A stretch of DNA of 63,472 nucleotides, counting the filler, from Bigelowiella natans CCMP2755 (taxonomy: Eukaryota > Protista > Cercozoa): the NCBI GenBank assembly GCA_000320545.1. It is 6 parts of 6 records of this genome, joined end to end, with 100 filler letters (N's around TTAATTAATTAA, not from the genome) between each part and the next. Parts side by side here need not be neighbours in the genome. Positions count along the whole stretch, not along the records: positions 1 to 23,358 come from ADNK01000802.1; positions 23,459 to 40,724 come from ADNK01000356.1; 4 more parts are not named here. One strand, written 5' to 3'. Of the stretch, positions 11,792 to 32,623 are shown in pieces. Within the stretch, counting starts at the first letter, position 1; the number at the start of each line of letters is the position of its first letter. The notes beneath the pieces are model-generated. The model was given only the letters and a program-made list of their open reading frames with translations. It made no database searches and was not told where the DNA came from. A program made the position numbers and the translations under genes.

Positions 11792-12689
11792 TTAGTAAAA
11801 GTGTCCGTGCGTGCAAGTGTGCGCCTGCATTGAAAAAGTGATAACAAAAGACAAATCAAGATGATGACAATATCGCATTACTCTAGGACTTCCTCCTTCG
11901 TCGCCCACATAAAATCAGACTTCCCATCAACGACTTTGATGTCGCCGCTGCAGTAGAGCGTGTGGAAGAAGAAAGTGCGTGTGTCCCCCTCCTCAACGCA
12001 TCCGATTGGAGCGTTGCCCAGAATGAAGTGATCGAGCTCGTCTGAGAATACATCAAGCAGCTGCACATTGGCGCTTTGCCGCAGCGACGTGTTCCGCGTC
12101 CAGTTACCGGATGGGATGCGCCAAACTTATGACGACGGGGCGGAATTTATGAGGAAGAGGAGGAAGAGGAGGAGGAGGAGGAGGAGGAGGAGGAGGAAGA
12201 GGAGGATTGAGGAGCAAGTCAGTGGGGAGGATTGGTGTGTCATCACAGCGTCGCACATCAACAAAACACAATGAAGCTTGAAGAAAGAGAAGTGATGATG
12301 GTGGCACTCTCGTGGTAGATACTGTTAGGATCTCCCTTTCTTCTTCAAAAAATGCTACGGTTTCGGAGAGGTTGTCTATCTATTTTGTGATATCGCGGCA
12401 GGGTCTCCGCTTTGTCCAATCTATGCCGTCTTGTATGGTTGTGTTGATGTATAAAGATAGTGGACGACGAGTGCAGATTATGGCAAAAACTCGATGGCTA
12501 ATTACTCCGCAATTACCTCCATCCTGCTGCACGATTAGATACAGATGCTCGCACAGTCTACGATTCATCGATCGCAGGTCGTTTGCCTCATCCTCCTTCG
12601 TCACTACTGGCGCAGGCACGTATTCTTCATTCGCCTAGGAACAAAGAAACACGATGCAGATATGGTTGTGAAATGAGGAGGTGGAGGAG

Positions 12690-12733
<44 letters not shown>

Positions 12734-13511
12734 GGGAGAGAAAAGGAGAGAAACGTAGAGATTCAATAGATGTCTGATGTATTGTGCATGGGAGTAAAAT
12801 GTATATCAGGAAATTGGCTCGGGGCGATAATCTCAGAATGCTCTATTTGACTCCCCCCCCCCGCCCTCTCGCTCAATTTGATTGTGTATTACGGCTTGGT
12901 CCGCGGCGTAGTCAAATTCGTCATACGGGTCGAACATGACTTTTGGCATCTCTCGCCGTCTCCTCGCCTGTCGTGCAGCCTGCCACTCATAGTACTCCTT
13001 CTGCAGGAGGAGGAGGAGGAGGAGGAGGAGGAGGAGGAGGAGGGGCACAGTTGTCATTATCACGAGAAGTGGTAGTAGTACAACAACGGCGGCTTTCTCG
13101 AGCGCATCGAAACGAGGGAAAAGAAGCCAAAAGGTGGCGACAAGCTTGAATCAACTCCACGGTTTTACCTCCCAGGGTTCGTAGGGGGGCATCACTGGCG
13201 GAATGCGCTCCAGGATTATGCCAGCTCTTAGTTTCCAGGGATACTCCTCACTGTACACGCTCGCTTCACTTGCCTGGAACATGCGTGTGGAGATGACAAA
13301 TACAAATACCATCCCCATCCAGTCACGTGTCATAAACAGAAAAAAGACAATGTCAAGCAGCACTTCATTGTGGTGTGGAATGTATCTTCACCTCCGTGGA
13401 GAAAACTCTATTGTTGTTACGCGAGCGTGCCAGCGAAGGGAGGGGGGCGACAGGGAGCCGCATCCTGGCGGCTAACCGAAAGGCACTGGCGCATTTTGAG
13501 CTTCGTCTCAT
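11400..13511 (-). CDS. MRPL46: Mitochondrial large ribosomal subunit protein mL46 (MRPL46, yeast MRPL17 family)
   Basis: Arg/Ser-rich presequence MRRSSKCASAFRLAARMRLPVAPLPSLARSRNNNRVFSTE. Later exons read WKLRAGIILERIPPVMPPYEPWE, PAPVVTKEDEANDLRSMNRRLCEHLYLIV and the Nudix-like WRIP..SLRQSA..FILGNAPIG..TFFFH..DFMWATKEE. The last exon is approximate. Confidence 0.88.
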
Positions 13512-14390
13512 TCCAGAGCTGGGTAGGATTCAAAAAGAAAGGACGTGTGAGCAATGGATGGTCCCGCGGTGCTGCAGGAACTCTCATTGTGAAAAACACA
13601 ATCGAACCAAAGAACAGCACCCCTCCACCAAAAATAGCATTCCAGAGGGCATGTTTCGCGCAAGACTTGGGATAGACAAGGTTTTAAAAAAAGGAGAGTT
13701 CGAGTGCGGGTTGCGGCCGCGATGGTGACCCTGGTGGGGAGGGGGATGCGCAATGGGGTGTGCGCCAGATATTCAGACATATTTTTTTCGATGTTTCTCC
13801 GAATAGGATGAGTCATAGAACTTCCGTATATTATCATAAATTGTTGGTCATATTTCTTCGAAGTTTCTCTGATAAAAAACTCTCCAAGTAGAACGTGGCT
13901 GAATTCCTTCGCGGACTGGACGACGGACCTTTTGTATCACATGGCCTGCGGCATCAAAATCGTCATGTCGCAGTAGGAAATTCGTCGCGGATCGTGCGAA
14001 TCGTAACTATCATGGTAGAACACTCGCTGCGACACGAGTTTTTTACTGACGTTCGCACAACATTCCATGGCGTTTGAGCTCCCATCGGGCCTGAACGAGC
14101 TTCTCGCTTCCGAGCGCGTGGGCGTGAAAGGAAGGAAATATCCCCTTCAAATCATACATGTGGCAAGGAAATCGGAGTAGAAATCTTAGAAATCTACGCC
14201 GTTCGGGTGGTGGTTTCGGCACGAGTTACACTCTGTGCAACGCGCTACCCTTTTGACCCTCTTTCTGTGATCGTGCTTTTCTATCGACCGCCGTGCCCAC
14301 AAGATCAGACATAGATCTAGACGAGCGTGACCGGAAATTGCGGGGGAAAGCTACGTCTGCGGCGATCAGGGAAGGGAAGGAGAGTCAGCG

Positions 14391-17300
14391 ATGCTCTGCT
14401 TCTCATTCTTACCGGGATGGCGGCGATGGCGCTCGCAAATCAGGGTGTTGATAGCAATGTTTGCTGCTACCTTGCTGTCCGAGGCGCAACAAGGTGTCAC
14501 CGTTAGCTTGAATTCATCGACAAGGATTGAAGGGGAGAAGTTAAGGGGAGAACTATTTGAGATCAAAGCTGATGCGGCGAATCGAGCTCTAATTGTGAAG
14601 ATGTTACAAATCGTGACGTCTTTCCCTGATGATCTTCCCCTCTGTTTTATTTTGGCAATGTTGTTTTTTGTCGTGGCATCGTACCCCATATTTTTCCTCA
14701 TACTGGAAGATCTCGGACCCTCATCACCAACGTGCCAACCAGGTGCGGCGTCCGCGCGAAACACAAATACACGGATACCCGATTTTGATGTGTTTGTGTG
14801 TGTTTGATGTTTCGAATGCGCGCCCTGTAAATAAATAAAACAAATAAGTTTTTCATGCATGAGACTGATACCATGGTATGTCTTCAGCGTGTAGCACCAA
14901 TGAGCACTGTGTCGGGGGAATAAAGTAGTATGCAGACAAATCATCAACTTCGTAGCTGGAGCAGATATGCACAGCGAATTAATGCACAACAACCTGGACT
15001 TATCAACGTTGGATATCCTTAAACCACACAAACACCATATCTATAGAAACATGACAACCAGGAGTGACATTTCATCTTTTGCAATTTTTTCATTACCGCT
15101 CGTATCAGCCGACAAAATGAGTGCGCGTGCATCGACGGGTTCATAAAATTGGAAGGAGCCTGCAGCAGCTGCAGGCCCAAAGTTTCCATACCTACGGACT
15201 TCTCCGTAATTCCTAGCGAAGCACTGAATATCGGAGCCACAATCCTGCTACCATCGACTATGTGTTACGGGGAAGTATCTGTGAAGCCCAGCTACAGGTT
15301 CTCTCGCTAACGCCTCATACTACCTGAAGAGATATTTGTTTCTTAAATTTCTGGAAGTAAGTTATATTGCGCCACGGCTTCCTATTCGTAGTATAGTCTC
15401 CCTAGTCGATCTTCAAAGAGCAAGTCGAGTTTCAATCAGATTGCAGAGCCTCTGCTTGTTTATGTCCAAAATGAATATTCGAACGACAATGTTGCGGTGG
15501 AAATGATCGTCACCCCGCCCCTATCCTTCCTCTCATTCAAAGACAAACAAGCAAATATAAATATATATAAATACCACAGCTGGATACTAAGGGAGAGCGG
15601 GTCAACCTTAATCATTATTAAGAGCTATACTGACAACTTGACCATCGGCCCCTCTCTCCTCAAGGCAAATCGCTCCTACTCCGCCAAGTTAAGGTGATAA
15701 CAAGATATCCTGAGGAGAACCAATGGTTTGTTGTTTCTTGCGATTTTCATTCCTTCTATTTCTATCATTTGGGAAGTTACAACACACCTTGAGAAAACCC
15801 TTTCGTGCTGATATGGTGCTGCTGACGGATAGTGTTGCTTTCACCGGTCTGCAGTGGATTGGGACTGCTCAAGGTAACGAGACTCTGTAACGATATTTGC
15901 GCTGCACACACTCACACACACGAACACACACCCCATAATATGTTATGTGTGTGAGAGTTAGATATTAATATTTATGTATGTACAATGAATGTAATTGGGG
16001 GCGTTCTCACATGTCCTCCTCCCTTGGTTGAAGATACTACCTCCACTACGCCTCTGCAGTCGCTGGTGCGACGGTGATCGATAATACTGATTTTGCCGCT
16101 TCGCTGTTCGTTCATCCCCTTCATCTTTTCCCGTTGTCCTTTCTACTGAAATCCCCATATAGGCTCCTTCACGACTATTTCGTCTGATTTACACGCTGTG
16201 ATATCGGGAGCAAATGCGTTCACTGTGGGGCCCATAGGTGCTGATGCCTTTCGTTTACGCTATTGTTGGTTGTGTGGCGACTCGCATGAAGAAACGAGAG
16301 GATGCAGAGCATCACTCTCCTCATATCTCCTATGACACCTCCTGCTGAGTGCCTCCCCCCTCCCCCCTCCCCCCACACGCACATACTGCCGCTGGCGGGC
16401 GTGCGTAGGCAACCTCGAGCTGAACGCATCGCGGTCCTTCGATCCGGATGGTGAAGCGACTCCACAGAACTCCCTCTTCACATGGACTTGCATCAGACTA
16501 AGCGACGGAATGGATGTTGCGGCGGCCTTCTCGAGGCACTCGCAGCGGTGGAACCTCGGGGAACGGTACCCATGCTGTGGTTTGTCTTTGCGGGAAAACG
16601 AAGATGAGAGGGAGGATGGGGGACAAAGTGCGGGGGCATCACCGGAAAAAAACGGCCACCTCGAGCTCTGTCTATTTGGCCGTCGAGTCGCATTTACAAA
16701 TTGAGATAAAAATACGACGCTAGTTCCCAACGATTCGCTATGTTGGCCACGCTCTTTTACCTCCTGTCTCCTTACTGTGTTGCCTTCGCCTTTAGGCTAT
16801 CACTGAACACTTCGTGGTTTCCTACAACCGCAACCTACCGTTTCACAGTGGAGTTCCGCGTATATCTCCGGTTGTAGTGGTAGCAGTATTGGTGTGATGT
16901 GTATTTATTCTTTCTTCTCTCTGCCAGGACATCTCGCCCATCGTTCAAACTCCTAATCGTTCTCTCAACCTTCGTCTCCTCCTCTCTACTGCCCCCTTAC
17001 CCCCCCCCCCCTCCCTAACCTTCCCCTTTGATTTCAGAAGCGCAACCGCGAGCGTGGATGTTACGCTCGCGGGATTTCGCGTCCCCTACATTACGATTGA
17101 CGCCCCGAAATACGTGAATGTGCACCAGACAAACACGCTCAAAGCGAAGGTAGCGATGCCGTTGAGGGGGGAGGGGCTCACGAAGAGTCCCTGTTGGATA
17201 TCAGAAGATGACCTATCAACGAATGGTTGCTTACGAAGGGTCTGATTGTGCCCCCCTCTGACGTAGATTGCCCAAAGCGAGGTCGGTCTCTCATACGTTT

Positions 17301-20300
17301 GGGAGGAAGAGACCTCCTTCATCGCAGGCGGCATCGACAGCATTCTACAGATGTCGAGCCAGAGCCCTCAGATCGTTATTCGGCCGGACGTGCTTGAAGC
17401 AAGATCCCACATGTTCTCTGTTTCAGCTACGAGCAAGGAGACAGGGAGTCTTGGCCGCGCGACTGTTCTGGTGAATAATCTTCTGTTTCCGTGCCCCCAC
17501 CCTCTCCTACCCGGTAACTTTGCCCCGTAACACTCTAGATTAGAGGCAATGTCGGACCTCTTGGCGGCACTGTCACCGTAACGCCTAATACCGGATTTAG
17601 TTTCCAAACCACTTTCTCCCTTGCGACGTCTTCGTGGGTTGATGAAGCCGGGCAAATCCCGTATGATCAACACTACCCGCACCGTCCTGACTGTCTGTCT
17701 ATTGACATATGCGGACGACTGTTGATAAGTGCGCGTGTGTAGGGGGGGGGAGGTATATGTTTGATATATACTTCTCACAGAAGATAAGCATGATTATGCG
17801 TGGCCGCAACGAATCAACACGTCGATAATTTCTCTCTCCTAATCCCACCTAGTTCCCTTTCTCTCTTTGTTCCACTTCTTCCTCCTCCTTCTCCTCCTTC
17901 TTCTTCTCATTCTCATTCTCAATCTCCTGCTCCTCTCTTGGGCTCTCATTTGTGACTCCATCAAAAGGTTCACCTATACGTTTTGCGTCGGTCCGCGAAG
18001 TCTCGAGATAAATACGACTGCTGCACTGGTTCGATCCCCGTTGGTTTCTTGCCTGGCGAATCGAGTGAGGGCACCGTCCACTGTAAGCAATGCCTTCTCA
18101 GCGGGCCAGCAAAGCGTCTACGCCATCGCGTTAGTAACACCAAGATTTGTTGAAGTGTTGTAATAATGATGTATCGATGATAGTGGCGATGATGACATGA
18201 TGGCGAGCTGGTGATAGACAGTGCACAGTTTGAATTCCCAAAAAATGGAAAACGACTCGCTATCGTGAAATACTCGTCACGAAGTCCGCGGTGATTTTGG
18301 TGAGTCCACAAGGCCATAGCAGCTCTCCAATATGCTTGGCATCCTCTGGATTTTCGTCTGATTCGCATAATAGTCGAGCGTATTGCTGCCTTGCCAACCA
18401 CAGACATTCACACTTCTCCTGCTATCACCGCCACCATCAGATACGACAACATGGGCGCTGCTTCTGAGGAACCCGTAAGCACGCAGCTCTCCGTCCTTTT
18501 GCCGGCGAGGCCATCTCCCTCCCCCACCAGTAACTCCTCACTTTGCTACGCGCATGAGGTTGCTTCGTCATTTCTCTCTAGAAATAACTCTATATCGTCG
18601 CGCTCAGAGATCATAGCAGTCGTTCGCGCGGTGGTGAAACTTTCCACCATTGGAGACTCTCAGGGGGGGGGGCGAGACTCCTTGCCAGTCTCTCGCAACT
18701 GCACAACCGGGGATGGAAGAGTCGTCACGGAGAGGGAGTCAGGCCGGGCAGCCATTGCAGACGCAGCGCGAGCACTGAGAAGTACCCTCGAAAGCTCTCC
18801 AACCACCACTTTATCATCAGCCGATGCCGAATCCGCGGCAATGGCAGTCGCGAGTGTCGCCGCAGCGCTCAGGGAAGAGGAGGACGGGTGCAGCACTATC
18901 ACGGAGGAGAATGCTGCAGCAGCATTCGTCGAAGCTGCGGGCACCATTCGGGCTCTAGTGGTGGGCGCACGGCCCAGCTTCAGCGACGGCTCTACGACAT
19001 CAGAAGGTATTGGAAGCGCACTGGCGGGCCTCGCAACAGCCGCAAAGACCTGCGCCCAGATTGAGAGGGTGGGGCGGCTCTCGGGGCGGTACCTCGAGAC
19101 CGTCGCACGCTCGCTTGTGGTTGGGCAGAATGTTGGGACGCTGTCCTATGGCCATGAAGGAGAGGATGGCAACTGGGTCGCTGGAATGAGGAAGCTGCGT
19201 GCCGAGGAAGGTCTTTCTTCGTTGCGATCCATTGCCCCCCCCCCCCCTGCCCTTCCTCGTCCTCCTCCTCCCTCTCCTATCAAAGCTCGTCCATCACACC
19301 GGAATACATATGCATAAGAGACAAACTGCCCCCCCCAAAAAACACAGTTCTCTTCCCACACACATGCAAATAAAACGCATGCACACACATTACACACATA
19401 TTGCAAGGTGGTGTCGCTAAGTGGGCAAGCGGGCGCATCGTCGGCGTCTCATCAATCTCGGTGCCGAGCGGCGTATTCTCAGGCGCAGACATTGACATTT
19501 CCCTCCTCAAGATAAATAGTAGCCAGCTGCATCGATGCCGGAGGGTGCCTACCACTGCGGACACCGATTTTGCCGTGAAGCCCTTCTCCGTATTCATCTC
19601 GAGGGACGGCGTGGAGCAGACGGTAAGGAAGAATACGAGGGAGGAGGAGGGGGGGGGGGGAGGAGGGGAAAACATCCTTGAAACGTCCCTAGCCCCTCCA
19701 CCCTGACTAAGCAGTAAGCATTAACACAGCGACGAATAAAGACCGTGCTCAGAGAGGGCTATGGCACTGCCTGCCTCACATCTAACCCAACCCCATTCCC
19801 CCCCCCCAAACCCCCTTTTCCCTCTCACCTTCCTTTGTATTAGGTGGAACGACTGCGAGAACCATTGGAGTTTCGACTTCGCCCCTCTCCTCCGATCTCC
19901 CCCCCCAAGGTCTCTCCAGCCGGGGGCAGAAGTATCAGTGCGTGTTCTGGGATCTTGGGGAGGGAGGATGGTCCGCGTCGGGGTGTAAGACTCAGAGAGA
20001 CGCAGAAGACCCCGAAACTTACGTCAAGTGCCTATGTAAGCAAGCAATGGCGTAGACGAAGAGTGACGGCGAAAACAAAGAGCAGCACCAAGAAGAAGAA
20101 CAGAGGAGGGGGGAGGGGGGGTGAGAGCAAAGTCATGGGAAGGGTGTACCGCAGCATGGCCATTAGGAATGGCGCTATACGCAAAGCAGCCCGACCAGCT
20201 GCAGCCATGTATGTGGGCGCAGAGCGCGTTTGTGCTTGTTTCCCCCATTCCCAAGCCTTGGCGCGCTGATCCCTTCAAACCCACCGCAGGTACCCATTTG

Positions 20301-21027
20301 TCCGAGTTTGCTTTGCTCGCAGCTGAGGACCCCATGGAGTCGGGGGATGGCCCCGCCCCCCCGTACGCTTCTGGCCTGTTCTACTTTCTGGCCTCCCTCT
20401 ACTCTCTTACTGCTACCTCGCTGCTGGCGCAGCTCTGCTACCTCATGTAAGAGACAGACACCACTAGCATAGCGTCGAGAACATGTCTTCGTAACACACG
20501 CCAACGCATGGCTTTGTCGTAGCGAGAATCATCGGTATTTTCTTAATTTATTTACCGTGGCCTCTTCGCGGAAAGCAGTTTGTACGCGAGTAGATCGAAG
20601 CGGTTCTGTATGCACACACGCCACGCACTTCTTATCGTCATTGGTCGGTGTCTACTGATATCACCCCTAAGTGTCTGCGTCACCGTCATCACTTCTGCAG
20701 TCCACGTTTATATTCAGTACTCATGGGCGCCGTTGCATTTTACCGACTCGCTTGTCGCCAAGCCGTTGTTCCCTTATATATTCTTTTTCGTTTCTTCACG
20801 GCGTGTTCTCTCTTCTCCCCTCCTCCTCCTCCTCCTCCTCCTCCTCCTCCTCCTTTATCCCAAAGGCGGGGCGTGCGTCTCAAGAAGGAAGTTGCTGCAA
20901 AGGTCCAGCTGGTCTGGCTTCTGCTGCTTTGCGCGTGTCGCGTCACCCTCTGCCTCCGCTATAGCCAAGGCATACCGTGGTTCAATCAAATGCCGCAATC
21001 TGCTCTCGCGGTAAACATGTAATGTGG

Positions 21028-21067
<40 letters not shown>

Positions 21068-21563
21068 TAATGATATATATTCACTCACATCTACTCGGTG
21101 TGCAGGCGGTTGCAGCGCTTCCATATGCGATGCTTTGTTGGACATTTGCTCTGACTGCGCTGCAGTGGGCGGCTGTCTTCAATGTCTCGATGAAATCTCT
21201 TCGGCGTTTGAGATTCTCGGACTACAGCAGCTGGTGATACCAGCTCTATTGGGAGATAACAAAGGGGGGGGAGGGGGGGGAAGCATGATCCTGGGGGGCG
21301 CGAGTATTTGGCTCAGACGAGAATGAAGAAATGATTGCTTTTGATAGATGTTTCACGTGTATAATAAACAAACATTAGGTACATTGGTGGCTGCTCGGCT
21401 GCATCCGTCTCTGAAGTAGCGCTCTTCTTCGCGGTGTGAACGAAATAAGATTAACCGTCATCAATGTAGACACGGACACGCGCGCTCAAACAAAAATGAG
21501 ATGATTGTATATACGTTGTCTATATGCCATTTATTTTATGTGCGCTGGGATGTGTATGTGTGT

Positions 21564-21600
<37 letters not shown>

Positions 21601-22344
21601 CGTTTGTTTGTGCATTTCATTATTTTACATTGACTATAAGCTGCGGGGCTTTTGTTCGTTCGTGCTTATGCTTGGAAGGTCATGGGTGGCTACGGCGCGC
21701 TGTCCTCCGATGTTGTGGACGGATTTGTCATCACTGGCTCGGTGATAATAGCCGTCGTTGCACTTCTAATCGCTGGAGGTTGGGCCAGTACACGCGACTT
21801 TAACGATGATATAACCAAATTTATATATTGATTCAAAGATTCAAAGTAGTAGGTTTCTCACTCATATTAAGCTATTCAATCTCACCCCCCCTCCTCCCCC
21901 CTCCTTTCCGTCTCTCTTCAGGTGTCACAATCTACGGTGTTGCCGTGGGGCGTCAGTTCACCAGGATGACAACGAGCGCACATAAAAGAGCAGGGCGGCG
22001 CATGATCATCTGCGCTTTGGTAGCCGCTTTTAGTTATTGCAGCAGCGGAAGAATGATGGGATCTCAGCTTCCTTTGCTGTATTTCCAAAAAAGGGAAAAA
22101 CGAAGTGAATGCATGCTGCATGTATACGTAAGCAATCCTCCCTTAACACCTCCTTCCTCGCGTGTGTCTTGATATGTATTGCTAACACGCAGACAATTGG
22201 CATTTGCTTCTTTCTTGATTCGGTGCTGTGGGTAAGCTCCATTGCCATCATGGCAAGCAGCGCTTCCTGGCTCACTGCTCAGGCTCTCGTTGCAGCCTCC
22301 TACCTGCTCAATCTCATTTGTACGTTGACAAGGGGGGGGGAAGG

Positions 22345-22388
<44 letters not shown>

Positions 22389-23151
22389 GAGAGAGGAGGA
22401 AAAGGAGAGGGGAGAGAAAAGCTCAGAGTTGATGACAACAACGTCGTTCTTTGTCGTTTCATTCATTCCCTTCCCTCCCTCCTGACTACCATCCTTAGGC
22501 ATCGGCGTCCTCTCATGGCAGTTTCAGGTCACCATCAATAAGATCAGGGCTCAAATCGAGCGTGATCGCCGGCCTCGGCATAACCGAGACGGGGTGCGTA
22601 TTAAGGCAGTGCTGCTGCTGCTGCTGATGATGATGATGATGGTGGCGGTGGTGGTGGGGAGCACCATGAGAGAAATCTAGGAGAACGTGCACATACAATC
22701 ATCTTTATTAGTTTTTATTTAGTTTATTTATTCATTTGTATTGACGTTTGACACGGTTGCAGACACATTGCTGACTTCTTTTTTGGTAATACAGAGGAAT
22801 TCCACACCGGCGCGCAAAGGCATGGACGCGGGACGGGCCGCGACGCATAGCACCCAAAGCGCCCACGTGCCTCCTCCTCCTCCTCCTCCTCCTCCTCCTC
22901 CTCCTCTTCCTCCTATTCCCTCCCATCCTTCTCCTCATCTCCCTCATAATGGTCATTCTCATAGTAGCCATAGCAGCCATTTGCCGCCCCCTCCTCAATT
23001 TGTGGGGAAGCACTCCAAAAGTGTTCAGCCCAGGGATTTTAGCTTTTCCCCTGACGGAAGCTTTCCAGAGCAGCAGTACGACGTGAAGGAGGTGCTAGCG
23101 ATCCCGTCAAGGCTTAATTTCCCCCGCCCCGTCAACAGCAACCTTCGGTAG
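14391..23151 (+). CDS. Large receptor: signal peptide, REJ (polycystin-type) ectodomain, GAIN/GPS, 7TM (THH1/TOM1/TOM3-like) and Pro-rich tail
   Basis: Hydrophobic N-terminus. REJ motifs: LTIGPSLLKANRSY, LHAVISG, LELNASRSFDPDG..LFTWTC and YDNMGAAS. GPS elements: WNDCENHW..SWEGC..PC|THLSEFALL (intron 20209-20289). TM exons: LFYFLASLYSL, VQLVWLLLLCACRV, ALPYAMLCWTFALTALQWAAVF, GSVIIAVVALLIAG|GVTIYG and TIGICFFLDSVLW. Confidence 0.78.
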
Positions 23152-23268
23152 TAGTGGGGGTGAGAGCAGGGGGGGGGGGGGGGGGATATTTTGGAGAGCG
23201 CCATTTCATTTCCAAATGCATTGATAGATCCCTCTCCGTTGTGATATATCAAAATGCATAAACCCTGT

Positions 23269-23310
<42 letters not shown>

Positions 23311-23358
23311 CATGAAATAATATAATATACATACGCCTGCTTACATTCTTCCTCCACA

Positions 23359-23458
23359 NNNNNNNNNNNNNNNNNNNNNNNNNNNNNNNNNNNNNNNNNN
23401 NNTTAATTAATTAANNNNNNNNNNNNNNNNNNNNNNNNNNNNNNNNNNNNNNNNNNNN
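23359..23458. other. Assembly gap linker
   Basis: N44-TTAATTAATTAA-N44, with stops in all six frames. Confidence 0.97.
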
Positions 23459-23477
23459 TCATAAATACCCTATTGTC

Positions 23478-30350
<6,873 letters not shown>

Positions 30351-31743
30351 TCCAGTCTGTGCGAGTGTATAGGTCGAATTTTTGGTATTGATGTGTGTTG
30401 ATGGGAAGGGGGGGGTGCGCTTTTGGGTTTGCTTTGTCTCTCGCCCACATACAATATTACATAAACTTCGTGTGTGTGCGCGTGTGCTCTTTAGTATGAA
30501 ATTTATGTTTGAGGGGGGGCTCGCGCTCGCATCAATGAAACTAAATCCTCCTTACTGAATGGTGCTAGTGCCGGAGTCGTACGTGAGCTGCAAGCAAATA
30601 ATAGTGAGGGGATTTACCTTCTTTTAGAATTTGTACCATTCCACATGTTGCGCTAAAAAAGGGTACTGGGTGCAAGCTACCAATGTCGTGTCGATCTTAG
30701 CCGCGACCGGCATCGGCTCAATGTACACCAGGTGAATGTTCTGCTCCAAGGCTGATTAGTAGATAGTTGCGAAAATGGATGTGAAGTGCATGCGCGTGCA
30801 TTTTTATATTGTCTGTTCGTGGTACCTTGCCCCTCGCTGGTGTCAGAGGCATAGACCACAAAGCACGACTGCAAGTATTAATTCAAAATAGTGCAACGAG
30901 ACATGAATCAATACGAGAATGTATCCCTGCTTTCCCCCCCCCAGTAATGCAATATATGGGGGGATAAGGGGATGAAAAGAAGCATCTCTGAATAAGGTGT
31001 TGGCATCTTGAGTTGAAGTAGCTACAGAAGAGAGATCGGGCGGTGGAAATACGCTTTCGAGAGGAGTGGAGGATTAATAATTCGCTCAGACCTTATCCTG
31101 TATCTGGTCGTTGAAAAACGGTAGCACGTCTGCTGACTAAGAAACAAGTTGGCAATCAAGCGACCGAAGCTGGCAAGGCAAGTGAAACACAAGAAACAGC
31201 ATTTGACATAAATAGAACAATTTGTCTTTATTCTGGAACGGTCTGATATGTTTCTTCCTTCAGCAGATAGCTTCTGTCGACATTGTGTCTTAGAACTGCG
31301 TTAGAATTATCTTACATTTCCCACAGTCTGAACGAGGCTATCCATAGTAGTCCTAGACACAGAGTTTGTCGAGCCTGGACAACATGAGCAACGAGGGAGT
31401 ACAAGTTGCATTAGTACGGAAACGTCAGCTCGATATCAAAATGGCTAGTCTCGAAATATCCCTCAAAGCTACAATGCAGGGATAGGGTGAGTTTATTTGG
31501 CTGGGAAAATACTCGGAAAGCTTAGTGCTACTTGCCACGCAAGCAAGTAGTTCCGTTATCTGAACAAAAATCTACTGTACATGCTAGGTAGTTGTAAGTT
31601 GTGCTTCGAGCGTATGTCCACTCGTCCGTGATCCTCGCGGTGTTTGAGGCTACACGAGAGCAGGGGGAAGAGGGAAGAAAAATTAAAACAGGAAGCACTA
31701 TCGAAAGTAGGATTTGTGGGGACGATGATCCATCTCAAGATCC

Positions 31744-31795
<52 letters not shown>

Positions 31796-32464
31796 GAGTC
31801 GTTCGCAGATTGTATAGCGTCTAGGATTAGGGAATGAGATAAGATTACAACAAATCATATCGAATGCGGTGAGGTGGGATTGAAGTAGGACCTGTAGATT
31901 GAAAAATCTGTGAAAGCTCATTAATCGGGAGCCAGAGAGCCGGGGCTGAGTGACCTGTCAGGAAACAACGAGCTATCTGTGAGTCCGTGGATTCGAAAAC
32001 AAACCAACTTTACGCGAGTGCGGCACGCACCGAACTCGGGGATTAGCCAAAGAAGCAATAGAAGATTCCTCATGTTGAGCTGCCTCCACGCTAAAGGATG
32101 GGCAATGAAGGTCCGAGACGGTAAGGTGCTTGATGTAACTCTCTTATGCGGATTAACTGTTAACGGACCAAAATAATAAATAGAAGGCATTTTGTACCTG
32201 CGACATGGAATTTTCATTATCGCAACAATAACGTTTCTTCAGTATGTCTCTCGCGCGTGTGGTAACGCCTGCGCGTGCGTTGTCGCTAGAGAAGCGAGGT
32301 GTTTCGCAATTCTGCGACAACAAAAATTTCATTGTCGCAAGAGCAAAATTGGTTGCCACGTGCGCAAAAAAATACCTCTTTCCCGGAAGCAGCCTCACAA
32401 TCCATTAGATCTACCCGAACGGGAATACATCTACTTGCCCTCCTCCGAGGCCCGACGTGGAACG

Positions 32465-32623
32465 ATGGGAATTTGCAGCAGCGCAGAGAAAGGTATGGCT
32501 CGCAGTGGCTCCATAGGGTGCATAAGTGTTACAAAAATAGACGACCACCGCCCCAGCGCCATCATGAAGAAATCGGAAGACAAGCTGACGAAAAGCTTGG
32601 TGCCAAAGAAAACTATATTTTGA
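32465..32623 (+). CDS. Candidate 52-aa small protein with an N-terminal myristoylation/palmitoylation motif
   Basis: Reads MGICSSAEKG...KKTIF*, with an MGxCxS motif. CCGGAA lies about 80 bp upstream, and a 3'-type CATG/CTAG patch lies downstream. Confidence 0.35.
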   Translation: MGICSSAEKGMARSGSIGCISVTKIDDHRPSAIMKKSEDKLTKSLVPKKTIF

